Shown: positions 1-10,423 of the stretch, piece by piece | How positions within the stretch are numbered: the first letter of the stretch is position 1 | Layout of the letters: each line of letters begins with the position of its first letter | DNA from: Marinibacterium sp. | GTDB taxonomy: Bacteria > Pseudomonadota > Alphaproteobacteria > Rhodobacterales > Rhodobacteraceae | Length of the DNA stretch: 64,000 bases | Direction of reading: 5' to 3' | Assembly: GCA_034670145.1 (NCBI GenBank) | Contig: JAXMOA010000021.1 | Location: 6,240-70,239, forward strand | Notes under the pieces: model-generated | The model's input: the letters and a program-made list of their open reading frames with translations, nothing else | What the model was told of the DNA's origin: nothing | Database searches by the model: none | Program-made: the position numbers and the translations under genes

Positions 1-960
1 GCGCCGGGCCATTCCGATCTGCACATGCTCCAACACCTCTTTGTCCTCCTTGAATGCCATGACAGCGCCTTCAAACATCCGTTCTGAAATTGCCACGTCA
101 TCCGCATACATATTGCGATGCTGGAACCAGAAGTACCGAGAGTGCCCCTCATTCACAGGCGTAATGAAGTTGTAGGAGATATTCACAAATGCGTTGGGCG
201 ACAAAGGTGCTCCCGCGCCGCCCTCACCTACGGGCGCATAGACCGACATGTTTATCGCGGTAGAAGGCAGCCGGCATTCATAGTGCTGTTTGCGGTCGCA
301 GTTTGGGCCAAACCCCAGAATCGGCTGGTAGTAAGGCGCCGGCGGCTCGTCCATGATCCAGCGCGACACAACCACTCCATCGTCCAGCTCTTCCAGATCC
401 AAAGGCCTGTTATCTGTCCCCGCTCCGGCAAATGATGTCAGATGGACCCAAGCCACATGGCTGGGATCCAACAGGTTGTCCACAATGTACAGATAGTGAC
501 AAGCCATCTCCATCGAACCGCGTGCGGTCTTGCCCCAAACCGGGTTGTCAAAATTCGGAATTGAAATGATGTCATCCGGGTCGGCTTGGGCCGGCTCCCC
601 CATCCACAGCCACAAGAAACCCCATCGGTCTTCGGCCGGATAAGAATGTACAACCGCCCGACGTGGCGGATTGTCCAGCTGCGTCGGCGCAATCACACAA
701 TCACCAGAACAATCAAACGTCAGCCCATGATAGCCGCACACCACATTGTCGCCCTCGATGCTGCCCCGTGACAACGGCAGCTTGCGATGCGGGCAGGCAT
801 CCTCCAAAGCAACAGGGCGCCCCTTGGTGTCGCGATAAATAACGATCGCCTCACCCAGCATCTCAACCGCGATCAATGAGCGCGCAAAGTCTTCGCTCCG
901 GCCCGCGACATACCAGCAGTTGCGGATGTACCCATCAGTCCCAATCAGATCTGGTCGCAT
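1..960 (-). CDS. Rieske [2Fe-2S] non-heme-iron oxygenase (VanA/phthalate-family-like); C-terminal end runs off the window
   Basis: Absent from the ORF track because it has no in-window stop. Manual reverse translation from the ATG (958-960) stays open to base 1: MRPDLIGTDGYIRNCWYVAG...DACPHRKLPLSRG...VVCGYHGLTF (CxH...CxxH Rieske motif), later DNLLDPSHVAWVH. Confidence 0.85.
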   Translation of the reverse strand, partial: MRPDLIGTDGYIRNCWYVAGRSEDFARSLIAVEMLGEAIVIYRDTKGRPVALEDACPHRKLPLSRGSIEGDNVVCGYHGLTFDCSGDCVIAPTQLDNPPRRAVVHSYPAEDRWGFLWLWMGEPAQADPDDIISIPNFDNPVWGKTARGSMEMACHYLYIVDNLLDPSHVAWVHLTSFAGAGTDNRPLDLEELDDGVVVSRWIMDEPPAPYYQPILGFGPNCDRKQHYECRLPSTAINMSVYAPVGEGGAGAPLSPNAFVNISYNFITPVNEGHSRYFWFQHRNMYADDVAISERMFEGAVMAFKEDKEVLEHVQIGMARR

Positions 961-969
961 CGCAGGCTC

Positions 970-1317
970 CTACTTCAAGAAAACATCAAACGCTTTCAAG
1001 GCTTTGGCACTATAGGCATAGGATGGCCCTCCGCCCATGTAAGTGGCCATCGCCAACGCCTCACACAGTTGCTCGCGCGTTGCGCCCAACCGGACCAAAG
1101 CGCGCACGTGAAACCCGATGCAGCTGTCACACCGGGTCGCAATTGCAATGCCAAGCGCCATGAATTCCTTGGTCAATTCATCCAGCGCCCCGTTGATCTT
1201 GGCCGCCTTGCCCATCATCCCGAAACCTTTGACCGTTTCCGGCACTTCCTTGGAGAAAGTGGCTATGTCGGCCTCGATCTCAGCCATGAAATTCGTCCAA
1301 TCCATTCGATCCTCCAT
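970..1317 (-). CDS. carboxymuconolactone decarboxylase (AhpD-like) family protein
   Basis: 115-aa ORF with the CMD-family core (...LGIAIATRCDSCIGFHVRALVRLGAT...). Its start overlaps the permease stop (TAATG at 1315-1319). Confidence 0.8.
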   Translation of the reverse strand: MEDRMDWTNFMAEIEADIATFSKEVPETVKGFGMMGKAAKINGALDELTKEFMALGIAIATRCDSCIGFHVRALVRLGATREQLCEALAMATYMGGGPSYAYSAKALKAFDVFLK

Positions 1318-2102
1318 TACCCGCGTTCGTCCGATCCCATGCGCCGTTCCAGCCAGCGTACACCAGCACTGATGATCAGAACCAACACCAGATATTCCAA
1401 GACCAACAGCGAATAGATTTCCAAGGGGCGGTACTCTGTCACCACCAGTTCATTGGCCCGCCGCGTCAGCTCTTGCATTCCAATGACGCTGGCAAAGGCG
1501 CTCATCTTGACGATGTAGATGAATTGATTTGCAAGCGGCGGCAGAATGCGTCGGATCGCCTGGGGCAGGATCACATAGCGCATCGTCTGCACATAATTCA
1601 GACCGATGGTCTGTGCCGCCTCGGTCTGCCCTTTGGCAATAGACTGAATGCCCGCGCGATAAATCTCGGCCGTAAACGCGCTGTCAGACAGGGCCAGCGT
1701 GATAATCGCACCCCAAAACGGATCAATAGGCACGTTCATGCCAAATTCGCGGAACACGATGGGCAATCCGTAGAACACCCAAAACAACATGGGCAACAAC
1801 GGGATAGAGCGCACCAGTTCCACATACACCCGGTTGACCAAACGCCAGCCTCGGCTTTTGGCCAGTCCGGGCAAGGCGACGATCAACCCCAGGACAATGG
1901 AAATCACCGCTGCGATCACCGAAATCAGAATGGTGTCGCCCATGCCCGATATCAGGAAGCGGACATTGATCCAGCCCGACTCTGTCATGGGATTGATCAC
2001 ATACCAGCCCCAGGTCGAAGAACTGGAACAGCCGCTCAGAACCAACAGAGGTATCAACAACAAAATGGCGCGTCTCATGACCATGCTCTTTTCAGTGCTC
2101 AA
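1317..2102 (-). CDS. polar amino-acid ABC transporter permease
   Basis: 261-aa multi-TM ORF with a His/Glu/Gln/Arg-type permease loop ([23 protein letters not shown]). Overlaps the upstream ATPase gene by 11 nt. Confidence 0.9.
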   Translation of the reverse strand: MSTEKSMVMRRAILLLIPLLVLSGCSSSSTWGWYVINPMTESGWINVRFLISGMGDTILISVIAAVISIVLGLIVALPGLAKSRGWRLVNRVYVELVRSIPLLPMLFWVFYGLPIVFREFGMNVPIDPFWGAIITLALSDSAFTAEIYRAGIQSIAKGQTEAAQTIGLNYVQTMRYVILPQAIRRILPPLANQFIYIVKMSAFASVIGMQELTRRANELVVTEYRPLEIYSLLVLEYLVLVLIISAGVRWLERRMGSDERG

Positions 2103-2832
2103 GGATCTGGCTTAGAAATTGTTGGCAACGCGCGGATCGCGGCGCATCAAAGAACGTCTCTGGCGGGCCGGTTTCCACGACCTGGCCTTCGTCCATGAAA
2201 ATCATGTTGTCTGCGACCTTGCGTGCAAAACCCATTTCGTGGGTCACCACAATCATGGTCATGCCTTCGTCGGCCAGCGCCACCATCACATCCAACACCT
2301 CAGAAATCATTTCCGGATCCAACGCCGACGTGGGTTCATCAAACAACAACACTTTGGGCTCCATGCACAAAGACCGGGCAATCGCCACGCGCTGTTGCTG
2401 TCCACCAGATAACTGGCCCGGTCGTTTGTGAGCCTGATCGGGGATGTGAACCCTGTTCAGATAATGCATCGCCCGCGACACGGCCTCTGCCTTTGCCATA
2501 CCGCGCGCCTTGATCGGACCCAATGTCAGGTTTTCCAACACTGTGAGATGAGGAAACAGATTGAACTGCTGAAACACCATGCCGACATCAGAGCGGATCG
2601 CAGCAACCGATTTCGGATCATTGGTCAGCTCTACACCATCCACGCGGATCACACCCTTCTGATGCTCCTCCAGCCGGTTGATACAACGCACCACGGTTGA
2701 CTTGCCTGACCCGGACGGCCCGCAAATGACAACCCGCTCTCCGGTTTTCACCGACAGGTTGATATCCTTGAGGACATGGAACGTGCCAAACCATTTGTTC
2801 ACATCCACCATTTCGATCGCTGTTTCGCTCAC
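2092..2832 (-). CDS. polar amino-acid ABC transporter ATP-binding protein (GlnQ/HisP-like)
   Basis: Walker [10 protein letters not shown], signature [13 protein letters not shown], Walker [12 protein letters not shown]. Confidence 0.95.
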   Translation of the reverse strand: MSETAIEMVDVNKWFGTFHVLKDINLSVKTGERVVICGPSGSGKSTVVRCINRLEEHQKGVIRVDGVELTNDPKSVAAIRSDVGMVFQQFNLFPHLTVLENLTLGPIKARGMAKAEAVSRAMHYLNRVHIPDQAHKRPGQLSGGQQQRVAIARSLCMEPKVLLFDEPTSALDPEMISEVLDVMVALADEGMTMIVVTHEMGFARKVADNMIFMDEGQVVETGPPETFFDAPRSARCQQFLSQILEH

Positions 2833-2970
2833 GTACTACGCTCCATCAACGTACTTTTTCCTGTCAGGAAATTTTTTTCTTGATGCTAACGTCGCTCTTG
2901 TCGTTAAATCAAGCCGCAATCACACTCGATCTTGACGGCAATCGCAGAATAACCAACGGGAGAACCAATC

Positions 2971-3741
2971 ATGAAACGCGCGCTCAAAGCCGCAGCAGCG
3001 GTCGCAATCGGCGTGGTCTTGGCCGGCGCAGCTCAGGCTCAATCGGCCCTGAACGAAATCCTGGACCAAGGTGTACTGAAGGTCGGAACAACCGGGGACT
3101 GGAACCCGATGTCCATCCGCGACCCCGCGACCAACAGCTACAAAGGCTACGACATCGACATCATGGCCGAACTCGCCAAAGACCTGGGCGTCGAGGTTGA
3201 ATTTGTTCCAACGGATTGGAAAACACTGGTCAACGGTGTCGTCGCGGGCAAATACCACATCACGGGCTCCGCCTCTATTTCGCCAGCGCGCATGAAGGTT
3301 GCCGGCTTTTCCGAAAGCTATATTGCGGTCGAGCTGTTTCCATTCACGACCAAAGACAAAGCAGACCGCTTTGATGGCTATGAATCCATCAACCAACCCG
3401 GCGTGAAAGTTGCGACAACGCTTGGCACCACTTTTGAAAAGCGTGTCCGCGAATGGTTCCCGAATGCCGACATCAAAGTGGTCGAGGCCCCCGCCCGTGG
3501 TTTCCAGGAAGTGCTGGCAGGGCGCGCAGATGTCTTCATCACCTCCAACATCGAAGGATCCACGCTGGAAGCCAAATTTCCAGTTGTGCGCGTCGCGGGC
3601 ACGGGGCCACGGTCTCCGTCTCCGATTGCCATGTTGCTGCCCCAGACAGATCAGGTCTGGATCAACTACGTGAACAACTGGGTCAAAGTGAAAAAGGCCC
3701 AAGGCTTCTTCGAAGCAAACGGAGCAAAATGGGGCCTCTGA
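2971..3741 (+). CDS. amino-acid ABC transporter substrate-binding protein (family 3)
   Basis: Signal peptide MKRALKAAAAVAIGVVLAGAAQAQS followed by a family-3 SBP-like sequence. Divergent from the ATPase/permease operon. Confidence 0.85.
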   Translation: MKRALKAAAAVAIGVVLAGAAQAQSALNEILDQGVLKVGTTGDWNPMSIRDPATNSYKGYDIDIMAELAKDLGVEVEFVPTDWKTLVNGVVAGKYHITGSASISPARMKVAGFSESYIAVELFPFTTKDKADRFDGYESINQPGVKVATTLGTTFEKRVREWFPNADIKVVEAPARGFQEVLAGRADVFITSNIEGSTLEAKFPVVRVAGTGPRSPSPIAMLLPQTDQVWINYVNNWVKVKKAQGFFEANGAKWGL

Positions 3742-3764
3742 AACAAGGCCTCAATCGACAAGAT

Positions 3765-3790
3765 GCCCGGCCCTCAAAGCCGGGCGTTTT
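3765..3790 (+). terminator. candidate intrinsic terminator after the SBP gene
   Basis: GCCCGGC (3765-3771), 7-nt loop, GCCGGGC (3779-3785), then G-TTTT. Lies between convergent genes. Confidence 0.6.
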
Positions 3791-3797
3791 GTCCAAC

Positions 3798-4406
3798 TCA
3801 ATTCTGACCAGACATCGCCCGGGAAATCACAGTCACAAAGGTCACCTCGTCCGTCACCAACTCCACTGGCCCATGCGCGGCGCTCGATTCAAAACTGAGA
3901 CTGTCCCCAGGCCGCATGTGATATGATCCATCACCGCAGCGATACACCATTTCACCATCAGTCAAATGAATGAACTCGATCCCTTGATGCTGGTACAACG
4001 GGCGCGGTGCCAAAGGGGCGGTCAGAGTCACGCAGAAACTCTCGAACTGAACATGGCGCGCATCCGCACGACCGATCAGTTTATAGCGGTGCCCAAACCC
4101 GCTGCCCATTCTCTGAACAGTCACACCTTCTCCGGCGGCCACAAACGACACGTCTGTTTGCTCTACCGTTCCGGCAAAGAAATTGATCAACGGAACACCG
4201 ATGCCCTGCGCCAAAGCCTCCAGCGTCGTCAAAGACGCCGATACTTGTCCGCGCTCAATCTTGGATATCATGGCCGTCGACACATTTGCCCGCGCCGACA
4301 GTTCCGCCAACGTCAGCCCAGCCAGGCCGCGATGCATCTTGACTGCCGCGCCCACGATTTGATCCAGCGACGGATCACCTGCTTCGAAATTCAGTGAATC
4401 TCCCAT
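3798..4406 (-). CDS. XRE-family transcriptional regulator with C-terminal cupin domain
   Basis: N-terminal HTH LTLAELSARANVSTAMISKIERGQ. The C-terminal about 100 aa are cupin-like. Confidence 0.85.
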   Translation of the reverse strand: MGDSLNFEAGDPSLDQIVGAAVKMHRGLAGLTLAELSARANVSTAMISKIERGQVSASLTTLEALAQGIGVPLINFFAGTVEQTDVSFVAAGEGVTVQRMGSGFGHRYKLIGRADARHVQFESFCVTLTAPLAPRPLYQHQGIEFIHLTDGEMVYRCGDGSYHMRPGDSLSFESSAAHGPVELVTDEVTFVTVISRAMSGQN

Positions 4407-4485
4407 CTGTGTAGACTACCCAAAAGCAAAAGCACACGACACCCCGCGGGCTTCATAATTTGCCCTAAATCCAAGGAACACGACA

Positions 4486-5229
4486 ATGCGGCTGGACCAT
4501 ATGACCTGGTATGATGTCGAGGCCCGGATAGAGGCAGGCGCGGCAATACTGCTGCCTGTTGGATCAACCGAACAACACGGGCCCATGGGGCGCATCGGCA
4601 CCGATACCCTTTGCGCTGACGCTGTCGCCACCCAAGCCGCCGATATCTGCGGCGCATTGGTCGCACCGCCACTGGCCTATACACCTGCCCCATTCAACAC
4701 CGCATTCCCCGGAACGGTTACTGTCTCCAATGATGTTTTCCGTGCTTATGCAGCCCAGGTGATCAGCGGACTGATTGCCCAGGGTTTCACCGGTGTCTTC
4801 ATTGTCAATGGGCACGGCGCCAACCTCGAACCGCTCAACCAGATTGCCGCCACCATGGCCCCGGACCATATCCGAATTCGCAGTTGGTGGGATCCTGCGC
4901 CAGTCAACCAATTGCGCAAATCTTTGTACGGCGATTGGGAAGGCATGCATGCAACCCCGTCCGAAATTGCCATGACCCAGGCTCTTCTGGGCGCCTTGCC
5001 AGCAGGAGCCGCCGCCACCCCGCCCCGCAGACTTAGCCCAGACTACATCACAGCGCACAGCGGCGACCGACATGGGCCACCGGACGAACACCGCGCCGAC
5101 TTCCCGGACGGTCGTGTCGGCTCCCACTCCGCATTGGCCAATCCGTCGGATGGAGCAGACCTGCTCTCCTGCGCTGCCAAGGCCATTGCGCAAGAGTTCC
5201 AATCCTTTCAGGACCAATCACAACCCTAA
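4486..5229 (+). CDS. creatininase (creatinine amidohydrolase) family protein
   Basis: 247-aa ORF with the family-typical LLPVGSTEQHGP and FIVNGHGAN segments. Confidence 0.8.
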   Translation: MRLDHMTWYDVEARIEAGAAILLPVGSTEQHGPMGRIGTDTLCADAVATQAADICGALVAPPLAYTPAPFNTAFPGTVTVSNDVFRAYAAQVISGLIAQGFTGVFIVNGHGANLEPLNQIAATMAPDHIRIRSWWDPAPVNQLRKSLYGDWEGMHATPSEIAMTQALLGALPAGAAATPPRRLSPDYITAHSGDRHGPPDEHRADFPDGRVGSHSALANPSDGADLLSCAAKAIAQEFQSFQDQSQP

Positions 5230-5631
5230 GCCAAACCTTTGACCCAAACGGCGATGACGCCAAACCGGCTGGCTCTGGATTGGCCCCCTCCAGCAGGCCA
5301 AAACGCTTCGCCGCATTTGGATACATCACAACCTTGCGACCGATTTGTCCCGCATCGCACACCCGCCAATAGCGCAGCAAACCGCGCACGCCGCTACGGC
5401 ACAACACGCGCGACATTCCCGATTCACATCATTCCTCAAGAAAATAAGCCATTTTTCGTGCATCTAGGACAATATCGACCGGGTTATCATCTAAACAGAT
5501 GATGACCAAGACCGCCCCAAAACCTAGTTTTCCAACGTACAATCACCAGTTCGTGGATGTGCGCCTGTTCAGAATTGCCCTCGCAAGAAGAGCCCCAGGC
5601 CAGCATCCCATACCGCGAGAAAGAGTAAAAC

Positions 5632-6606
5632 ATGGCAAAGACGTTAGACAAACTCAGCAAGGAAGCAAAGAAACTTGACAAGGGTGTCCATGACCTGCGG
5701 AGCGTGTTGCAGTCACTGGATATGCAGAATGAGACACTGCGGAAACACATGCACGAAACTGCGGTGATCGCCGGACTAGCCGCCGTAGACCTAAAAGCCA
5801 AAGGTCATACCGGCCAGAAAATGTCCGATTTCAAATCTGACAAATCGGTGGCCAGCGCTATGAAGATCTTAAGCGAACGAACGAAGCTGGCAAACAAAGA
5901 AAATGCCAAGCTTCTGGCCAGTCGCAAGACCCTGATCCAAACACACGAAGATCTGACGAGGATTGCAAAAGAGCTTGGCGAAGAAATTACAAAAAGAAAA
6001 AAGAAGTCTTCCCGAAAGCTCTTCAAAATTCAATCTGACAGTTTGCCTGGTTTGGAGGCTCTCAAAAAATCGGTGGACGAAAGTGTCAAAACGGCAATCA
6101 CCCTCTTTAACGACTACACGGCTTTGATTAAAAATAAACCCTTCGAATACGAAACCTATTTGAATAAGGTATTTTCCGATACGCTGAGCGACCCGACAAA
6201 AGATAAAAACAAATTTGATATTTCACATACATTTGTTCAAAACAAGAGAACTCAAAACGTGTATCTTAAAAAAACAGCGAAACTTCTGATTGAAACCAAA
6301 AAGCTTTGCGATACAGCAGTAAAGAAGGCAAAAGCCCAAGAAAGCCACAGCGCTGAAATGGATGCAGCAGCAAATTGCTATCGTGAGATCCTCAAAATGA
6401 AGAAACTGTTGGCCAAAGTGAAGGAGAGCGCAACAAAAGAGGTTAACCAGGGCAAGAAAAATGGGATCAAGGAACAAGAGAAACGGGGTTTGTTGGCAAT
6501 CGCATCAATGGACAAGATCCTTGCTGTAGAGCAAGGAATCAAAAAAACCTTGGCCAAGGCGACACAGCAAACCTTTATCGAAAAGCAGAAAGCATCGGTT
6601 ACTTGA
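5632..6606 (+). CDS. hypothetical lysine-rich, predicted all-helical/coiled-coil protein
   Basis: 324-aa ORF with 58 Lys by my count (18 %), heptad-like charged pattern, no signal peptide or TM. Lies in a visibly AT-rich patch. I recognise no family. Confidence 0.6.
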   Translation: MAKTLDKLSKEAKKLDKGVHDLRSVLQSLDMQNETLRKHMHETAVIAGLAAVDLKAKGHTGQKMSDFKSDKSVASAMKILSERTKLANKENAKLLASRKTLIQTHEDLTRIAKELGEEITKRKKKSSRKLFKIQSDSLPGLEALKKSVDESVKTAITLFNDYTALIKNKPFEYETYLNKVFSDTLSDPTKDKNKFDISHTFVQNKRTQNVYLKKTAKLLIETKKLCDTAVKKAKAQESHSAEMDAAANCYREILKMKKLLAKVKESATKEVNQGKKNGIKEQEKRGLLAIASMDKILAVEQGIKKTLAKATQQTFIEKQKASVT

Positions 6607-6700
6607 CAAGTAAGAGTGCAATCAGTTGCATGGTGCAATACAGTTTCTGACATCTGCCTGATCGCCTCGGGGTTTTGGTACACGGCATTGGTTCAACATC

Positions 6701-8443
6701 ATGAGCGACAAAGAACAAGACATCGTCAAAGAGCTGTATGCGCTTGTCGCTGAACCTCATCGATACGATGCGTTCATGTATGATCTGAGCCAGCGCCTTG
6801 AGAGCCTGAAGGAAGATCACGACGAAACAGATCATGCAGCTTTGCTCACACATATCGACCATGCCTCATCGCTGGTCGATATTGTGACCCCTTGGCGATA
6901 TGCGATTGATGATGATCTGCGTGAGATTTTGGACCGAAAGATCCACGCTGCAATGGCCATCAATACGGCGGGCGAAATTATTGACGCCAATTCCAGTGCC
7001 AAATACCTATACGACCTGCAGTCTGGTCAATATGCCAATGAATTGCCTTTGTCCGGCCCCTCTGAAACGGGATTTCCTGATATCGTTCGTCAGGCTTTCC
7101 CAGACCACTACAAAAGAAACAACCCGAACAATATTTTCAGGTTTACAGACACCCGAAGCGGCAAGCCGGTTCTCGTCACCACAGAAACCTATGAAAGCAT
7201 GGCCACCCAAGCCCAGGTCGTCATTGTCCAAACCAGTGATTTTGCCTGGCCCGCATATTTGGGGCCCATTCTGAAGGATCTATTCAGCCTGACCCAGGCC
7301 GAGATTGATATCCTTCAACTGGTCGTAGAAGGGTTTAAAGTATCTGAAATTCGCACGCGCCGCGGAGCCAGCGAAGCAACGGTTCGCAGTCAGCTTTCAG
7401 CCATATTTCAAAAAACCGGCGTCGGCTCGCAGGTAGAATGCATTCGCATGGTCATGGGGCTGTCGATGCTACATGATGCCAACCAGGGCCGTGCCATCGC
7501 CAGTGAACTGGAGGCGAGCCAAGGCCCCAGCTACTTTCCACGCTCGCATCAACGCAGGGTCCTGACCCTGGAGAATAAGCGCACGATCGAATACTCCGTA
7601 TTCGGTGCCAAGGACGGCGACGTCTTGCTGTTCTATCACTGTCAGGTCTTTGGCGACTCATGGTTCCAGGGCGCCGTCGATGCTGCACACCGCGCCGGCC
7701 TGCAAATCATTGCCCCACTACGCCCGGGTTTCGGTCAGACCACCGTCTACTCAGGCAAATATAGCGATCCACACATTTTTGCGGCGGATATCGAAGCTCT
7801 GCTGGATCATTTGAATGTCAACCGCGCCTCAATCCTGAGTGTCAGCAGCGGGCTGGTCCACGCTTTGGCCGCCGTCCATCGAATGCCTGGGCGGTTCACA
7901 GGCATCAGCGCGACCCATCCAATCTTGCCGGTGCTCACGACCGAGGATCTGGAAGGAACAAATGGCTATAACTACCTCATCCCTCACGCACGATTACGGT
8001 TCCCTCCGGCGTTGAAACTGATGTGTCGCGCTGGCTTTGCCTTTGTGCAAACAGCGGGTGTTGCTGCTTTCCTGCGCGCCTTGCTTCGTTCCGCTCCAAA
8101 AGACGTGGAATGGGCGATGCGTCCAGATGTCTTCCCGGTTCTGGAGTGGGGAACGGGTATCCATGCCAATCAGGGATATGTCGGAAACCTGGGCGATATC
8201 AGCTATTCAGAGAACTGGTTGACGCCTTTGACAGAATGCTCGGTCCCCATTCGTCTGGTGATCGGTGAACATGACCGAAACGTCCCCTGGGCCGCCGCGA
8301 AACGGCATGCAAAAGAGCAAGACCACATCAGCCTTCATATCTTACAAGACAGCGGATATCTGGTCCATCATCAGCAAGGCCGACAACTGGTCCGCTGGGC
8401 CGCTGCGGAGCTAGCGGACGAGCCTATAGCCTTCGAAGGTTAA
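6701..8443 (+). CDS. LuxR-type HTH protein with N-terminal PAS-like region and C-terminal alpha/beta-hydrolase domain
   Basis: Central LuxR/GerE HTH (aa 197-252: LTQAEIDILQLVVEGFKVSEIRTRRGASEATVRSQLSAIFQKTGV). The C-terminal about 290 aa are alpha/beta-hydrolase-like with nucleophile-elbow variant SVSSG (aa 380-384). Confidence 0.75.
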   Translation: MSDKEQDIVKELYALVAEPHRYDAFMYDLSQRLESLKEDHDETDHAALLTHIDHASSLVDIVTPWRYAIDDDLREILDRKIHAAMAINTAGEIIDANSSAKYLYDLQSGQYANELPLSGPSETGFPDIVRQAFPDHYKRNNPNNIFRFTDTRSGKPVLVTTETYESMATQAQVVIVQTSDFAWPAYLGPILKDLFSLTQAEIDILQLVVEGFKVSEIRTRRGASEATVRSQLSAIFQKTGVGSQVECIRMVMGLSMLHDANQGRAIASELEASQGPSYFPRSHQRRVLTLENKRTIEYSVFGAKDGDVLLFYHCQVFGDSWFQGAVDAAHRAGLQIIAPLRPGFGQTTVYSGKYSDPHIFAADIEALLDHLNVNRASILSVSSGLVHALAAVHRMPGRFTGISATHPILPVLTTEDLEGTNGYNYLIPHARLRFPPALKLMCRAGFAFVQTAGVAAFLRALLRSAPKDVEWAMRPDVFPVLEWGTGIHANQGYVGNLGDISYSENWLTPLTECSVPIRLVIGEHDRNVPWAAAKRHAKEQDHISLHILQDSGYLVHHQQGRQLVRWAAAELADEPIAFEG

Positions 8444-8504
8444 ATGCTCCCCATAAGCCTTGCCATCGGACACAGAGGCATGACCACCAACACCCCATCT
8501 GACT

Positions 8505-10376
8505 TCAAAGGTTCGCGGCCAGACGTTCGAGCACGGCCAAACGTTCGACATCGCGTGCGCCCCCCTTGTCGGCCGAGGCTGCCATCAACCCATACACCCG
8601 CAACGCAGTCGACACCTCTCGCTGGCGGGTCGCCGGCTTCCAGGCTTTGTCACCGCGAGCCGTCATCTCAGCACGTCGTCGCTCCAGTTCCACTTCGTCC
8701 ACATCCAAGTGTACGCGGCGGTTGGGAATATCAAACTCAATAACATCGCCGTCCTGCACCAATGCAATCATCCCCCCCGAGGCCGCTTCGGGTGAAACAT
8801 GCCCGACCGACAATCCCGACGTTGCCCCGGAAAACCGGCCATCCGTGATCAACGCGGCCTTGTCGCCCAGTCCCTTGGCCTTCATCACGCCGGTTGGCGT
8901 CAGCATCTCTCGCATTCCAGGGCCACCGCGGGGCCCTTCGTAACGGATGACCACCACATGACCCGCCTCCACCGTACCGTCCTGAATCTTCTGTAACGCC
9001 TCTTCCATGCTTTCGCTCACGATTGCCGTGCCACGAAACGACCACAACACATCCGGCACGCCCGCTGATTTCACCACACAACTGTCCGGCGCAAGATTGC
9101 CACGCAATACAGCCAGCCCACCATCTTCAGTAAACGCATGCGCCGCGTTGCGGATCACACCAGTTTCACGATCCGTATCCAGCGAGTTGAACCGACTGGA
9201 CTGCGAAAAGGCCCGGATTGACCGGATGCCACCAGGCCCGGCCGAGAAAAGCTTGCGCGCAACTGTATTTTCAGGATCGGAGATGTCCCATTCCCCGGCA
9301 TATTCAGAAACGGGTTTTCCCAAGGCGGTCGGATTGTCAGCATGATAAAGCCCCGCCTTCAACAACTCGTTGACCACCGCCATTACGCCCCCCGCCCGGT
9401 GCATGTCTTCGATGAAAACTTCATGCGCCGATGGCGACACCTTGCACAGGCAAGGCGTGTCGCGGCTGATCCGATCGAAATCATCAATGGTGAAATCAAT
9501 GCCAGATTCTTGCGCCACGGCCAAAAGGTGCAGAATTGTATTGGTCGATCCACCGATCGCCATGGTCATGCGTACTGCGTTTTCCAAACCCTCACGGGTG
9601 CAGATCGAGCGGGGCAGCACGCTGTCATCGCCATCACGGTAATAGGCCAGCGACATTTCGACAATGCGATGTGCCGCCTGACGGAACAGATCCTCCCGGT
9701 CGGTGTGCGTGGCGACGATCGTGCCATTCCCCGGCAGGGCCATCCCCAAGGCTTCGGTCAGGCAATTCATCGAGTTCGCCGTACCCATCAGCGCACAGGA
9801 CCCGCAGGTGGGACAGGCGCTTTCCTCTACAGCGTCAATCTCTTCCTGTGTGGCATCCGCAGCCCCTGCAACATAGATCGTATCAATGGCATCGATACGC
9901 CGGGCTTCTCCGCGGTAGTCGAACTTGCCGCTTTCCATTGGCCCACCCGAGACAAAGATCGTCGGGATGTTCAGCCTGTTCGCCGCCATCAACATTGCTG
10001 GCGTGATCTTGTCACAATTGCTCAAACAGATCATCGCATCAATGGCATGTGCATTGGCCATATACTCACAAGCATCCGCGATCAGTTCACGCGAGGGCAG
10101 AGAGTACATCATACCTTCATGGCCCATTGCGATGCCGTCATCGACCGCGATGGTGTTGAATTCCTTTGGCACGCCGCCTGCGGCACGTATCTCTTTGGCG
10201 ACAAGCCGCCCCAGCGCCTGCAGATGTACATGCCCCGGAACCATCTCGGTAAAGGAATTGGCAATGCCGATGATCGGGCGGCCGAATTCCTCGGACTGGG
10301 TTCCCGTCGCCCGCCACAAGGCGCGCGCGCCTGTATTCATAGCTCCAAGCGTAACCTTGTCAGACCGTAGTTTCAT
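8505..10376 (-). CDS. ilvD: dihydroxy-acid dehydratase
   Basis: 623 aa. N-terminus is colinear with E. coli IlvD as I remember it ([64 protein letters not shown]). Confidence 0.92.
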   Translation of the reverse strand: MKLRSDKVTLGAMNTGARALWRATGTQSEEFGRPIIGIANSFTEMVPGHVHLQALGRLVAKEIRAAGGVPKEFNTIAVDDGIAMGHEGMMYSLPSRELIADACEYMANAHAIDAMICLSNCDKITPAMLMAANRLNIPTIFVSGGPMESGKFDYRGEARRIDAIDTIYVAGAADATQEEIDAVEESACPTCGSCALMGTANSMNCLTEALGMALPGNGTIVATHTDREDLFRQAAHRIVEMSLAYYRDGDDSVLPRSICTREGLENAVRMTMAIGGSTNTILHLLAVAQESGIDFTIDDFDRISRDTPCLCKVSPSAHEVFIEDMHRAGGVMAVVNELLKAGLYHADNPTALGKPVSEYAGEWDISDPENTVARKLFSAGPGGIRSIRAFSQSSRFNSLDTDRETGVIRNAAHAFTEDGGLAVLRGNLAPDSCVVKSAGVPDVLWSFRGTAIVSESMEEALQKIQDGTVEAGHVVVIRYEGPRGGPGMREMLTPTGVMKAKGLGDKAALITDGRFSGATSGLSVGHVSPEAASGGMIALVQDGDVIEFDIPNRRVHLDVDEVELERRRAEMTARGDKAWKPATRQREVSTALRVYGLMAASADKGGARDVERLAVLERLAANL

Positions 10377-10423
10377 TTCATACGCTCCGTGAACGGATTA
10401 ACTACAACCAGTCGCAACACAGC

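Noticed and set aside
5048-5416. A 122-aa ORF on the minus strand that overlaps the creatininase 3' end and the downstream spacer.
   Set aside because: It is Arg/Gly-rich with no motifs and is partly antisense to a supported gene. It has no ribosome-binding site.
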